Under the pieces are notes generated by a model. The model saw only the letters and a program-made list of their open reading frames with translations. It made no database searches and was not told the DNA's origin. From Sinomicrobium sp. (GTDB lineage: Bacteria > Bacteroidota > Bacteroidia > Flavobacteriales > Flavobacteriaceae), in NCBI GenBank assembly GCA_029266035.1, contig JAJUFH010000009.1, forward strand, positions 20,777-84,776: a stretch of DNA of 64,000 nucleotides, given 5' to 3'. Below are positions 1-8,075 of this stretch, piece after piece. Positions within the stretch are counted from its first letter, which is position 1, and every line of letters starts with the position of its first letter. A program made the position numbers and the translations under genes.

Positions 1-846
1 AAAAGAATACGGGTCTTGTACATGCTTCTTTTCTCGCTTAATAAGAGTACTCCCTTCTAGAAAAAAACGTATGCGCTCGGCCGTTTTTATCTGTCCCCGA
101 TGTGGTCTGATAATGTGTATAGATTTGTCAAAAGGCTCTATCCTTCCGTCATAGGCTTCGAGCGACAAACTCCCAATAAGGTCGGCCAAATACGACAGTT
201 TATAAGATTTTAATATAGCATACACGCCATAGGCACTCATAAACTGTGTCCCATTGAGCAGGGCAAGTCCTTCTTTAGACTGTAGCTTTACAGCCTCCCA
301 TCCCATATTTTCCAACACCTTAGCTGCAGCTGTAATCTCACCCTGATAATACACCTCACCTTTCCCGATGAGCGGCAGTGAAAGATGGGCCAAAGGTGCG
401 AGATCTCCGGATGCTCCCAGAGATCCCTGGGTGTATACTACTGGAAGTATATCAAAATTGTAAAAATCGATTAGTCTGAGTACGGTAGACAACTGCGCCC
501 CACTATGCCCGTATGACAACGACTGTACCTTGAGTAGCAACATCAACTTTACAATATCGATCGGCACTCTTTCTCCGGTGCCACAAGCGTGAGAAACCAC
601 CAGATTTTCCTGCAGGCGGTTGAGATGCTCTCCCGAAATTTTAATATTGTACAGCGAACCAAAACCGGTATTGATTCCGTAAACCGGTTCTCTCTGGCTC
701 TTTAATTTAGCATCTAGATATTCGCGACACTTACTTATATTTTGTTTGGCTTCTTCTGAAAGCGCTATTTTTTTATTCTTTTGTACAATATCGTGCAGCT
801 GTTCCATGCTGAGTACATCCGTACTGATATAGTGTGTATCTCTCAT
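1..846 (-). CDS. hutH: histidine ammonia-lyase (aromatic amino acid lyase family); N-terminal 282 codons, with the C-terminus beyond the window edge
   Basis: My own translation of the minus strand from the ATG at 846 gives MRDTHYISTDVLSMEQLHDIVQKNKKIALSEEAKQNI... It contains VYTQGSLGASGDLAPLAHLSLPLIGKG (nt ~360-440), the Ala-Ser-Gly MIO-forming motif of HAL/PAL enzymes. It is absent from the ORF track because it runs off the window. Confidence 0.85.
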   Translation of the reverse strand, partial: MRDTHYISTDVLSMEQLHDIVQKNKKIALSEEAKQNISKCREYLDAKLKSQREPVYGINTGFGSLYNIKISGEHLNRLQENLVVSHACGTGERVPIDIVKLMLLLKVQSLSYGHSGAQLSTVLRLIDFYNFDILPVVYTQGSLGASGDLAPLAHLSLPLIGKGEVYYQGEITAAAKVLENMGWEAVKLQSKEGLALLNGTQFMSAYGVYAILKSYKLSYLADLIGSLSLEAYDGRIEPFDKSIHIIRPHRGQIKTAERIRFFLEGSTLIKREKKHVQDPYSF

Positions 847-910
847 ACTTATCTCGGTTAAAATCGATCAAAATTTACAGTATTCAAAGTTTTATTACGC
901 TTCCACGCCC

Positions 911-2455
911 CTAGTTTTCAGCAGCTTTGGCAGGTGCTGCAGGCCTGGCGAAGAGATCGGTAAAGGCTGAGCCGACAAACTCTATCAAAGTCGTTGCAGT
1001 CAGTGCTTCATATCCCTTTTGAGAAGCTCCGATATCTCCGGCTCTTCCGTGCAGATACACCCCAAATATCGCTGCCTGTAATGGGGTATACCCCTGACTG
1101 ATAAGCCCGGTAATTATTCCGGCCAATACATCTCCGCTCCCAGCTGTGGCCATACCCGGATTGCCCGTACTGTTTATAAAAATATTATCCCTGTTAAAAA
1201 TAGCGGTATGGGCACCCTTAACAACAAGTACCAGCTTGTATTCCCGAGCAAAAGCCCTCGCTTTGTTTAGCTTGTCAAAATCGTCTTCCCACTCCCCTAT
1301 TAGGCGTTGCAATTCGCCTTCATGTGGCGTTAATACCGTATCCTCCGGAAGGAAATTGAGGTATTCCCTTCGCGCTGCGATAATATTCAGTGCATCGGCA
1401 TCCAACACCAGCGGAGCTTTGTTTTGCTTCAAAAATATCCCCAGGGCATCTGCAGTTGCCCGATGTGTTCCAAGCCCTGGCCCCAACCCTATCGCAGCAG
1501 GAGAAATATCGCTGTTTATCGCTGTGATATGATCTTCATTGGTGTCGGTAATGGTCATCACCTCTGGGACTAAGGTTTGGAGTACGGTATACCCACAGCG
1601 AGGGATATAAGCCGTGACCAATCCGGCCCCGGAATGTAGGCAGGCTTTGGCTGAGAGTCCGGCTGCTCCCATTTTCCCATAGCTTCCCGCTACTAGAAGG
1701 GCGTGCCCCATAGTACCCTTATGCGCGTATTTATCACGAAATCTATACATAGGTAAAACTTCCTGCTTACCTATAAGTGAAGCGAAGGGAACAGTGTTTT
1801 GCACGTATTCGGCATCGAGTTTTATATCCAATACTTCCCACGAATCTGTATACTTAGCGGTATCCGGAAGAAAAAAGATCAGTTTGGGAAACTGAAAACT
1901 AAGCGTGTGTCTCGCTTTTACTATTACAGCATCTTTGTCCGGACATCGCTCCATATACAGTCCTGAAGGAATATCAACGCTCAATACAAAGGCCTCCGAA
2001 GCATTGATGTGAGTCATAATAGCTTCTACCCACGCTTCCGGTCTTCTGTTGAGCCCTATGCCAAAAATAGCGTCGACCACGATATCGGAACTTCCTATCT
2101 CGGGGAATTCTTCTCCTTTTTTTCCACTAAAGTGCTCCGGCCAGTACTTCAAATTTTTTATCCGATCGAGATTTTCCAGAAACTCAGGGGAGCGCTTCTC
2201 CCCAAAATCGACGACATAGGCGTGTACATGATACCCACTCTCCATAAGGTGTCGCGCAACGACCAATCCGTCTCCCCCATTATTTCCAACACCACAAAAC
2301 ACGTGAATGGCGACGGGATTTCCTTTCAAGCTGCCATCCAGCCAAGCAAAGACACCTTCGCCCGCACGCTCCATCAATGCCAGGCTATCGATCTGTTGTT
2401 TTAAAATTGTCAATCTATCAGCCTCGCGTAGCTGTTGTGTAGAAAATATGATCAT
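911..2455 (-). CDS. nnr: bifunctional NAD(P)H-hydrate repair enzyme (epimerase + ADP-dependent dehydratase)
   Basis: The ORF is 911..2524. The N-terminal YjeF_N part carries GVGNNGGDGLVVARHL and the C-terminal carbohydrate-kinase part carries GNPGMATAGSGDVLAGII. The start was trimmed to the internal Met (MIIFSTQQLREADR) because the first 23 codons look like read-through of the intergenic region. Confidence 0.85.
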   Translation of the reverse strand: MIIFSTQQLREADRLTILKQQIDSLALMERAGEGVFAWLDGSLKGNPVAIHVFCGVGNNGGDGLVVARHLMESGYHVHAYVVDFGEKRSPEFLENLDRIKNLKYWPEHFSGKKGEEFPEIGSSDIVVDAIFGIGLNRRPEAWVEAIMTHINASEAFVLSVDIPSGLYMERCPDKDAVIVKARHTLSFQFPKLIFFLPDTAKYTDSWEVLDIKLDAEYVQNTVPFASLIGKQEVLPMYRFRDKYAHKGTMGHALLVAGSYGKMGAAGLSAKACLHSGAGLVTAYIPRCGYTVLQTLVPEVMTITDTNEDHITAINSDISPAAIGLGPGLGTHRATADALGIFLKQNKAPLVLDADALNIIAARREYLNFLPEDTVLTPHEGELQRLIGEWEDDFDKLNKARAFAREYKLVLVVKGAHTAIFNRDNIFINSTGNPGMATAGSGDVLAGIITGLISQGYTPLQAAIFGVYLHGRAGDIGASQKGYEALTATTLIEFVGSAFTDLFARPAAPAKAAEN

Positions 2456-2507
2456 TATATACCGATTTAGGTGTATTATTAAAGATTCTGCAAAAGTTAA
2501 AAAAATG

Positions 2508-2538
2508 TTTGCATATAGATACAAAAGTACTACATTTG
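2508..2538 (+). promoter_or_regulatory. candidate Bacteroidota sigma-A type promoter (-33 TTTG / -7 TAnnTTTG) for the thr operon
   Basis: TTTG lies at 2508-2511 and TACATTTG at 2531-2538, 19 nt apart. This matches the published Bacteroides/Flavobacteria -33/-7 consensus. It sits 22 nt upstream of the mini-ORF ATG at 2560. Confidence 0.45.
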
Positions 2539-2559
2539 AAACGTCAATAATTCAATATT

Positions 2560-2676
2560 ATGTCTGAAACTATCAACATAGCACCATCAACTTCTACCGG
2601 ACGTCTTTCCGTACTTGGGCTTACTTCTTGTTTCGGCATTATTATTATCACCGGGATTACCCCTCTTGGGGTATAA
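2560..2676 (+). CDS. putative thr operon leader peptide (38 aa, Ile/Thr-rich)
   Basis: My own translation is MSETINIAPSTSTGRLSVLGLTSCFGIIIITGITPLGV*. Codons 27-34 (nt 2638-2661) read I-I-I-I-T-G-I-T, and the peptide has 7 Ile and 6 Thr in 38 residues. It lies 82 nt upstream of the thrA start and downstream of the candidate promoter. It is too short for the ORF track. Confidence 0.4.
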   Translation: MSETINIAPSTSTGRLSVLGLTSCFGIIIITGITPLGV

Positions 2677-2758
2677 TTCTATTCATATAATCCGCTTGCT
2701 ATTTGTCTGAATTTTGTTCAGACCCGAGACCATTATATCAACTCAAGCTTTTAAACCA

Positions 2759-5206
2759 ATGAAAGTCTTAAAATTCGGAGGTTCCTCCGTGGCAGATGCC
2801 GAAAGTATAAAGTCAGTAAAAAACATCGTTGCCAACAAGGCAGTAAAAGACAAACAAGTTATTGTAATCTCTGCCTTTAAAGGCGTTACCGATTTGTTGC
2901 TACAAGCAGCAGAAAAGGCTTCTCTTCGCGATGAAGATTACTCTAAAATTTTCGCAGAGCTGGAAGAGCGCCATCTAAGTGTCGCACAACAACTACTTCC
3001 TATAGCCTCTCAAAGCAAAACCCTCAGCTATATAAAAAGGGAACTCAACAAACTCGAAACACTACTCGAAGGTGCATTTCTTATCGGAGAGATTACTCCT
3101 AAACTCTTAGACAGCATCCTTTCGTATGGCGAACAATTATCGTCTTATATCATAAACGAATATTTCACTGTAGAGGGGTTAAATACCATTCGCAAAGACA
3201 GTCGTTCGCTGATAATATCTGACGAACATTACGGAAGGGCTACCGTCGATTTCACTACGACCAATACGCTTTGCGACACTTATTTCGGTACCGTCACCTA
3301 CGATATTGTGGTAGTTCCAGGGTTTACAGCCGCATCCGCTTCCGGAAACTCCACCACACTCGGAAGAGGGGGGTCCGACTATACTGCAGCGATTATAGCC
3401 GGTGCTATAAACGCTTCTGCACTGGAGATATGGACCGATGTAAGTGGAATGTATACCGCCGATCCTAAACTGGTAAAACAAGCTTTTACCATTCCTCATA
3501 TCTCATATGAAGAGGCTATGGAACTCTCCCATTTCGGAGCAAAGGTACTGTATGCTCCAACGATACAACCAGTATTGCTCAAAGGCATTCCTATATACAT
3601 CAAAAACACCTTTAAACCTGAACTAGAAGGGACTAGAATACAGAAAAACACCAATGGAGCCTCTCACCCTGTAAGAGGAATAAGTCATATAAACGATATA
3701 GCACTACTCTCTTTGGAAGGAAGTGGAATGGTAGGCGTATCTGGAATCTCCAAACGCTTCTTCGGAGTACTATCCGATTGCGATATCAATGTGGCTCTTA
3801 TCACTCAGGCGTCATCAGAACATTCCATCTGCGTTGGTATCGCACAAAAGGAGGTCGAAAAAGCGGAAAAGGCGGTCAACAAAGCCTTCGAATACGAAAT
3901 TGTATCGCGAAAACTGAACCCGGTTAGTGTAGAAAGTGATCTGGCGATAATAGCCCTTGTAGGAGACAATATGAAAAGTCATCAGGGATTGAGTGGAAAA
4001 ATGTTCAGCGCTCTCGGTCAGAACAACGTAAATATTAGAGCCATCGCTCAGGGGGCTTCCGAACGCAATATCTCAGCGGTTATCAATAAATCTGATGTAA
4101 AAAAAGCGTTGAATACGCTACACGAGCGCTTTTTTGAAGACAACGTAAAACAGCTGAATATCTTTGTGATGGGAGTGGGTAATGTAGGAGAAAAATTTCT
4201 GCAACAAATTGAACACCAGAAAAAATATCTCAGAGAAAAACTAAAGCTAAACGTGCGAGTAGTGGCGTTGTCTAACTCGAGAAAAATGTATTTCGACGAA
4301 GGAGGTATCTCTCTCAAAAACTGGAAAGAGCTATTGGAACAAGGTGAAAAAGCCGACATAGATACCTTTTCAGAAAAAGTCAGATCGCTAAACCTTCGCA
4401 ACAGTATTTTTGTGGATAATACGGCAAATGAAGTAGTCGCTTCAACCTACGCCAGGTATCTGGAAAACAGCATTGCGGTAGTAACCTGCAATAAGATAGC
4501 GAGTTCTTCGGGATATGAAAACTACTCCCTGCTCAAAGAACTATCCCGTAAATACAATGCTCCTTTCTTGTTTGAAACCAATGTAGGTGCGGGACTCCCC
4601 ATTATAGACACCTTAAAAAACCTCATAGCATCAGGAGATAAAGTGCGCAAAATACAGGCTGTATTATCCGGTAGTCTCAATTTTGTATTCAACAATTTTG
4701 ACGACAATACACCCTTTGACGAAGTGGTAAAACAAGCTCAACTTGAAGGCTATACTGAACCCGATCCTAAAATAGACTTAAGTGGTATAGATGTGATGCG
4801 AAAGATACTCATACTCGCTAGAGAAAGCGGCTATGCCTTGGATATTGAAGATATTGCCAACGAATCCTTCCTTCCCCAAGAAAGTCTGGATACCGAAAGC
4901 GTAGATGATTTTTACGATGCTCTGATAAAACATCGATCTCATTTCGACAAGATATACGAGCAAGCTGTTTCAAAAGGATGTCGCTTGAAATACGTAGCCT
5001 CATTTGAAGATGGGAAAGCTAGTGTAGGCTTACAACACATCCCTAAAGATCACCCCTTTTACAATCTAGAAGGAAAAGACAATATCGTACTGTTTTTCAC
5101 CGAGAGGTACTGCGACCAACCCCTATTGGTAAAGGGCGCAGGGGCCGGTGCCGATGTCACTGCCTCTGGTATATTTGCAGATATCATTCGGGCGGGAAAC
5201 TTTTAA
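2759..5206 (+). CDS. thrA: bifunctional aspartokinase I / homoserine dehydrogenase I
   Basis: The N-terminus MKVLKFGGSSVADAE is the aspartokinase signature, followed by ACT-like regions. The C-terminal homoserine dehydrogenase part carries VMGVGNVGEKFL (Rossmann) and LLVKGAGAGADVTASG. The start was moved from the TTG at 2714 to the ATG at 2759. Confidence 0.92.
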   Translation: MKVLKFGGSSVADAESIKSVKNIVANKAVKDKQVIVISAFKGVTDLLLQAAEKASLRDEDYSKIFAELEERHLSVAQQLLPIASQSKTLSYIKRELNKLETLLEGAFLIGEITPKLLDSILSYGEQLSSYIINEYFTVEGLNTIRKDSRSLIISDEHYGRATVDFTTTNTLCDTYFGTVTYDIVVVPGFTAASASGNSTTLGRGGSDYTAAIIAGAINASALEIWTDVSGMYTADPKLVKQAFTIPHISYEEAMELSHFGAKVLYAPTIQPVLLKGIPIYIKNTFKPELEGTRIQKNTNGASHPVRGISHINDIALLSLEGSGMVGVSGISKRFFGVLSDCDINVALITQASSEHSICVGIAQKEVEKAEKAVNKAFEYEIVSRKLNPVSVESDLAIIALVGDNMKSHQGLSGKMFSALGQNNVNIRAIAQGASERNISAVINKSDVKKALNTLHERFFEDNVKQLNIFVMGVGNVGEKFLQQIEHQKKYLREKLKLNVRVVALSNSRKMYFDEGGISLKNWKELLEQGEKADIDTFSEKVRSLNLRNSIFVDNTANEVVASTYARYLENSIAVVTCNKIASSSGYENYSLLKELSRKYNAPFLFETNVGAGLPIIDTLKNLIASGDKVRKIQAVLSGSLNFVFNNFDDNTPFDEVVKQAQLEGYTEPDPKIDLSGIDVMRKILILARESGYALDIEDIANESFLPQESLDTESVDDFYDALIKHRSHFDKIYEQAVSKGCRLKYVASFEDGKASVGLQHIPKDHPFYNLEGKDNIVLFFTERYCDQPLLVKGAGAGADVTASGIFADIIRAGNF

Positions 5207-5216
5207 ATAGAAAACT

Positions 5217-6152
5217 ATGAACGAATTACGTGTATTTTGCCCTGCCACTATTGCCAATGTAGCCTGCGGATTTGATGTCCTCGGCTTGTGCTTAGATCAC
5301 ATAGGTGACGAAATGGTGGTTAGAAAAACCGACAATGGCAAGCTCAGCATATCCCGCATAGAAGGACAGGATTTACCATTTGAGGCAGACAACAATGTGG
5401 CCGGTGTTGCTGCAAAGGCTTTGCTCGAAGCCCTGGGCAGCGAGCAGGGTTTTGACATAGAGATCTATAAAAAGATTAAGCCCGGAAGCGGTATCGGCAG
5501 CAGTGCTGCCAGTTCGGCCGGAGCCGTATTTGCCGTCAATAAACTATTGGGAGAACCCTTTAGTCTGCAAGAACTCATTCCCTTTGCTATGGAAGGTGAA
5601 AAATTGGCAAGTGGGGCTTTGCACGCCGATAATGTGGCTCCTGCATTGCTCGGCGGATTTTCGCTGGTGAGGAGTTACGATCCTTTAGATGTGATAAAAC
5701 TTCACAGTCCTAGTCAGTTGTACGCCAGCATAATACATCCACAAATAGAGGTGAAAACTGCCGATGCTCGCTCTGTACTCAAACAGTCCGTCCCCTTGAA
5801 AAAAGCCATAACGCAATGGGGAAATGTGGGCGGATTGGTAAGCGGACTCTACACGGAAGACTACGATCTCATAGGCAGATCGTTGCACGACGTTATTGTA
5901 GAACCTCTACGCAGCTTGCTGATCCCAAGGTTTAATCAAGTGAAACAGGCTGCAGCAAAAGCCGGAGCACTGGGCAGTGGTATATCGGGATCGGGCCCTT
6001 CCATTTTTGCGTTGAGCAAAGGAGAGCAAACAGCAAAAAAAGTTGCAGAAGCTATGGGACAAGTCTATTCCGACAGCGGTGTGGACTTCGACCTACACGT
6101 ATCCCGAATCAGTCACAAAGGAATCCATCCCATCATCTCCAACACGCCATGA
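5217..6152 (+). CDS. thrB: homoserine kinase
   Basis: The GHMP kinase motif KPGSGIGSSAASSAGAV is present. The length is 311 aa and the gene sits between thrA and thrC. Confidence 0.9.
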   Translation: MNELRVFCPATIANVACGFDVLGLCLDHIGDEMVVRKTDNGKLSISRIEGQDLPFEADNNVAGVAAKALLEALGSEQGFDIEIYKKIKPGSGIGSSAASSAGAVFAVNKLLGEPFSLQELIPFAMEGEKLASGALHADNVAPALLGGFSLVRSYDPLDVIKLHSPSQLYASIIHPQIEVKTADARSVLKQSVPLKKAITQWGNVGGLVSGLYTEDYDLIGRSLHDVIVEPLRSLLIPRFNQVKQAAAKAGALGSGISGSGPSIFALSKGEQTAKKVAEAMGQVYSDSGVDFDLHVSRISHKGIHPIISNTP

Positions 6153-6715
6153 CAAGCAAAAACGAAAGACATATAAATCGTTTTATTGTGTTTACCGGAG
6201 GACCGGGAGCAGGTAAGACCACTACACTGCTGGAGCTTCACAGAAGAGGATATGTATATATGCCCGAAGTGGCACGTAAAATCATCCGTGAGCAAATGGA
6301 TTCCGGAGGAAATGCCCTGCCCTGGGATAATATTACCGCGTACAGGGATATGATGTGGCACCGTTCGGTAGCGATTTTCGATGAGGCTATGACTCATTGC
6401 GAAAAACAAGTCGTGTTTTTCGATCGGGGGCTGCCGGATACACTGGCCTATTCCGTACTGGAAAACATCCCCATACCAAATATATTCAACGAGCAACTTG
6501 GCAATTATCATTACAATACTGAAGTTTTCCTATTTCCTCCTTGGAAAGCAATATATGATACAGATACCGAAAGAAAACAGGATTTTGACCTTGCCATAAA
6601 AACCTGTAAGCTCGTAAGAGACACCTATATCCGATTAGGTTATAAAACTATCACCGTCCCGAAGGCAAGTCCGGAACGGCGTGCAACATTCATATTGAAC
6701 CATCTCAATGTATAA
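6149..6715 (+). CDS. small P-loop NTPase/kinase-like protein (AAA_28/NadR-RNK-like fold suspected)
   Basis: A Walker A motif FTGGPGAGKTT lies near the N-terminus, the protein is 188 aa, and there is no signal peptide. Its start overlaps the thrB stop (ATGA at 6149-6152) and it ends 6 nt before thrC. Confidence 0.6.
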   Translation: MTSKNERHINRFIVFTGGPGAGKTTTLLELHRRGYVYMPEVARKIIREQMDSGGNALPWDNITAYRDMMWHRSVAIFDEAMTHCEKQVVFFDRGLPDTLAYSVLENIPIPNIFNEQLGNYHYNTEVFLFPPWKAIYDTDTERKQDFDLAIKTCKLVRDTYIRLGYKTITVPKASPERRATFILNHLNV

Positions 6716-6721
6716 AGTACA

Positions 6722-8020
6722 ATGAAATACTACAGTTTAAACAGAAATAGTGAACAGGCTTCTTTCAGCGAAGCCGTAATACGGGGGATTGCTCCAGACA
6801 AGGGCTTGTATTTTCCAGAGTCGATCACTCCCCTTCCCGACGCTTTTATAAACGAACTGGAAAAACTCGACAACGACGAAATAGCTTTCAACGCCATCCG
6901 CCAATTTGTAGGAAACGAGATTCCCGAAAACGAGTTGAAAAAGATTGTAGCAGAAACCCTCTCTTTCGACTTTCCTCTATGCGAGATAGAAGACGATGTC
7001 TTTGCCTTAGAATTGTTTCACGGACCTACCATGGCCTTTAAAGATGTAGGTGCACGATTTATGGCGCGATGTCTGGGATATTTTAACCGCAACAGAAAAA
7101 GCGAAGAAAAAGTCACTGTATTGGTAGCCACTTCAGGAGATACCGGAGGTGCTGTAGCCAGCGGGTTTCTCGGGGTGGAAGGTGTTGAAGTAATCATTCT
7201 CTACCCTTCAGGTAAAGTGAGCGATATACAGGAAAGACAACTCACTACACTGGGACAAAATATCATTGCCTTGGAGGTAAACGGCACCTTCGACGATTGT
7301 CAGGATATGGTAAAAACCGCTTTTCTCGACGAAAAATTGAGTGGGAAACAACTCACCTCCGCAAATTCTATCAACGTAGCTCGGTGGTTGCCACAGATGT
7401 TTTATTTTTTCTTTGCTTACAAGCAATTGAAAAACAAGGAAAAAGAGGTGGTATTTGCCGTTCCCAGTGGAAACTTCGGAAATATCTGCGCCGGAATTAT
7501 GGCCGGTAAACTGGGGCTTCCCGTTTATCATTTTGTTGCCGCAACTAACATCAATGATACGGTACCTCAATACCTGCACAACGGTATATATGAGCCAAAG
7601 CCGTCAAAGCAAACCATTTCCAATGCCATGGATGTAGGTAATCCTAGCAACTTTGTTCGCATACAACAACTCTTTGACAACGATATAAAAACACTTAAAT
7701 CACGTTTTTCCTCCTATAGCTTTACCGATCTGGAAACCCGTGAAGCTATGAAGAGTATCTATCAGTCTTCTGGATATATTGCAGATCCACACGGAGCAGT
7801 TGGCTATCTCGGGCTAAAGGAATATCTAAAAGACAAGACGAGCAAAACAGGTATCTTCCTCGAAACGGCACATCCAGTAAAATTCCTGGATATCGTAGAA
7901 GACACTTTGGATACTCGCATAGCCATACCCGAACAGATACAAGCGGTAATGGAGAAGGAAAAGGTAAAACAAGGCATAAGCACCTATGAAGAACTCAGGG
8001 AGTTTCTTCTCAAATACTAA
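6722..8020 (+). CDS. thrC: threonine synthase
   Basis: The PLP-lysine region FHGPTMAFKDVGARF is present, followed by a TSGDTGGAV loop. The length is 432 aa and it is the last gene of the thr cluster. Confidence 0.92.
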   Translation: MKYYSLNRNSEQASFSEAVIRGIAPDKGLYFPESITPLPDAFINELEKLDNDEIAFNAIRQFVGNEIPENELKKIVAETLSFDFPLCEIEDDVFALELFHGPTMAFKDVGARFMARCLGYFNRNRKSEEKVTVLVATSGDTGGAVASGFLGVEGVEVIILYPSGKVSDIQERQLTTLGQNIIALEVNGTFDDCQDMVKTAFLDEKLSGKQLTSANSINVARWLPQMFYFFFAYKQLKNKEKEVVFAVPSGNFGNICAGIMAGKLGLPVYHFVAATNINDTVPQYLHNGIYEPKPSKQTISNAMDVGNPSNFVRIQQLFDNDIKTLKSRFSSYSFTDLETREAMKSIYQSSGYIADPHGAVGYLGLKEYLKDKTSKTGIFLETAHPVKFLDIVEDTLDTRIAIPEQIQAVMEKEKVKQGISTYEELREFLLKY

Positions 8021-8035
8021 TCCAACAACCCGTGT

Positions 8036-8075
8036 GATAATGTGCCAATCGGTCAATTCCAATTGGCACATTATC
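8036..8075. terminator. bidirectional stem-loop between the convergent thrC and ydiJ-like genes
   Basis: GATAATGTGCCAAT (8036-8049) pairs with ATTGGCACATTATC (8062-8075), giving 14 bp with a ~12 nt loop. The right arm overlaps the stop codon of the minus-strand gene. Confidence 0.65.

Noticed and set aside
2658-2722. Classical rho-independent attenuator for the thr leader
   Set aside because: Only 6 bp hairpins are present (2658-2673 and 2706-2722), without a proper U-tract, and the first overlaps the leader stop codon. No mutually exclusive antiterminator pairing could be found by eye. The leader-peptide idea is kept as a hypothesis, but the terminator is not called.
2714-2758. N-terminal extensions offered by the ORF track. 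They affect thrA (TTG at 2714), nnr (to 2524), the ydiJ-like gene (to 11002), the SASA esterase (GTG at 41467) and the HTCS (43029). They also affect acnA (47253), the 2-hydroxyacid dehydrogenase (to 51246) and the TBDR (to 57545).
   Set aside because: In each case an internal ATG gives the canonical family N-terminus or a proper signal peptide. The extensions translate intergenic-looking sequence.
6149-6715. The P-loop ATPase as an abortive-infection/defence-type ATPase (AbiEii/AAA_15-like)
   Set aside because: It is too small at 188 aa. It has no partner nuclease or other effector gene. It is translationally coupled within a biosynthetic operon, and its motif spacing resembles small-molecule kinases.
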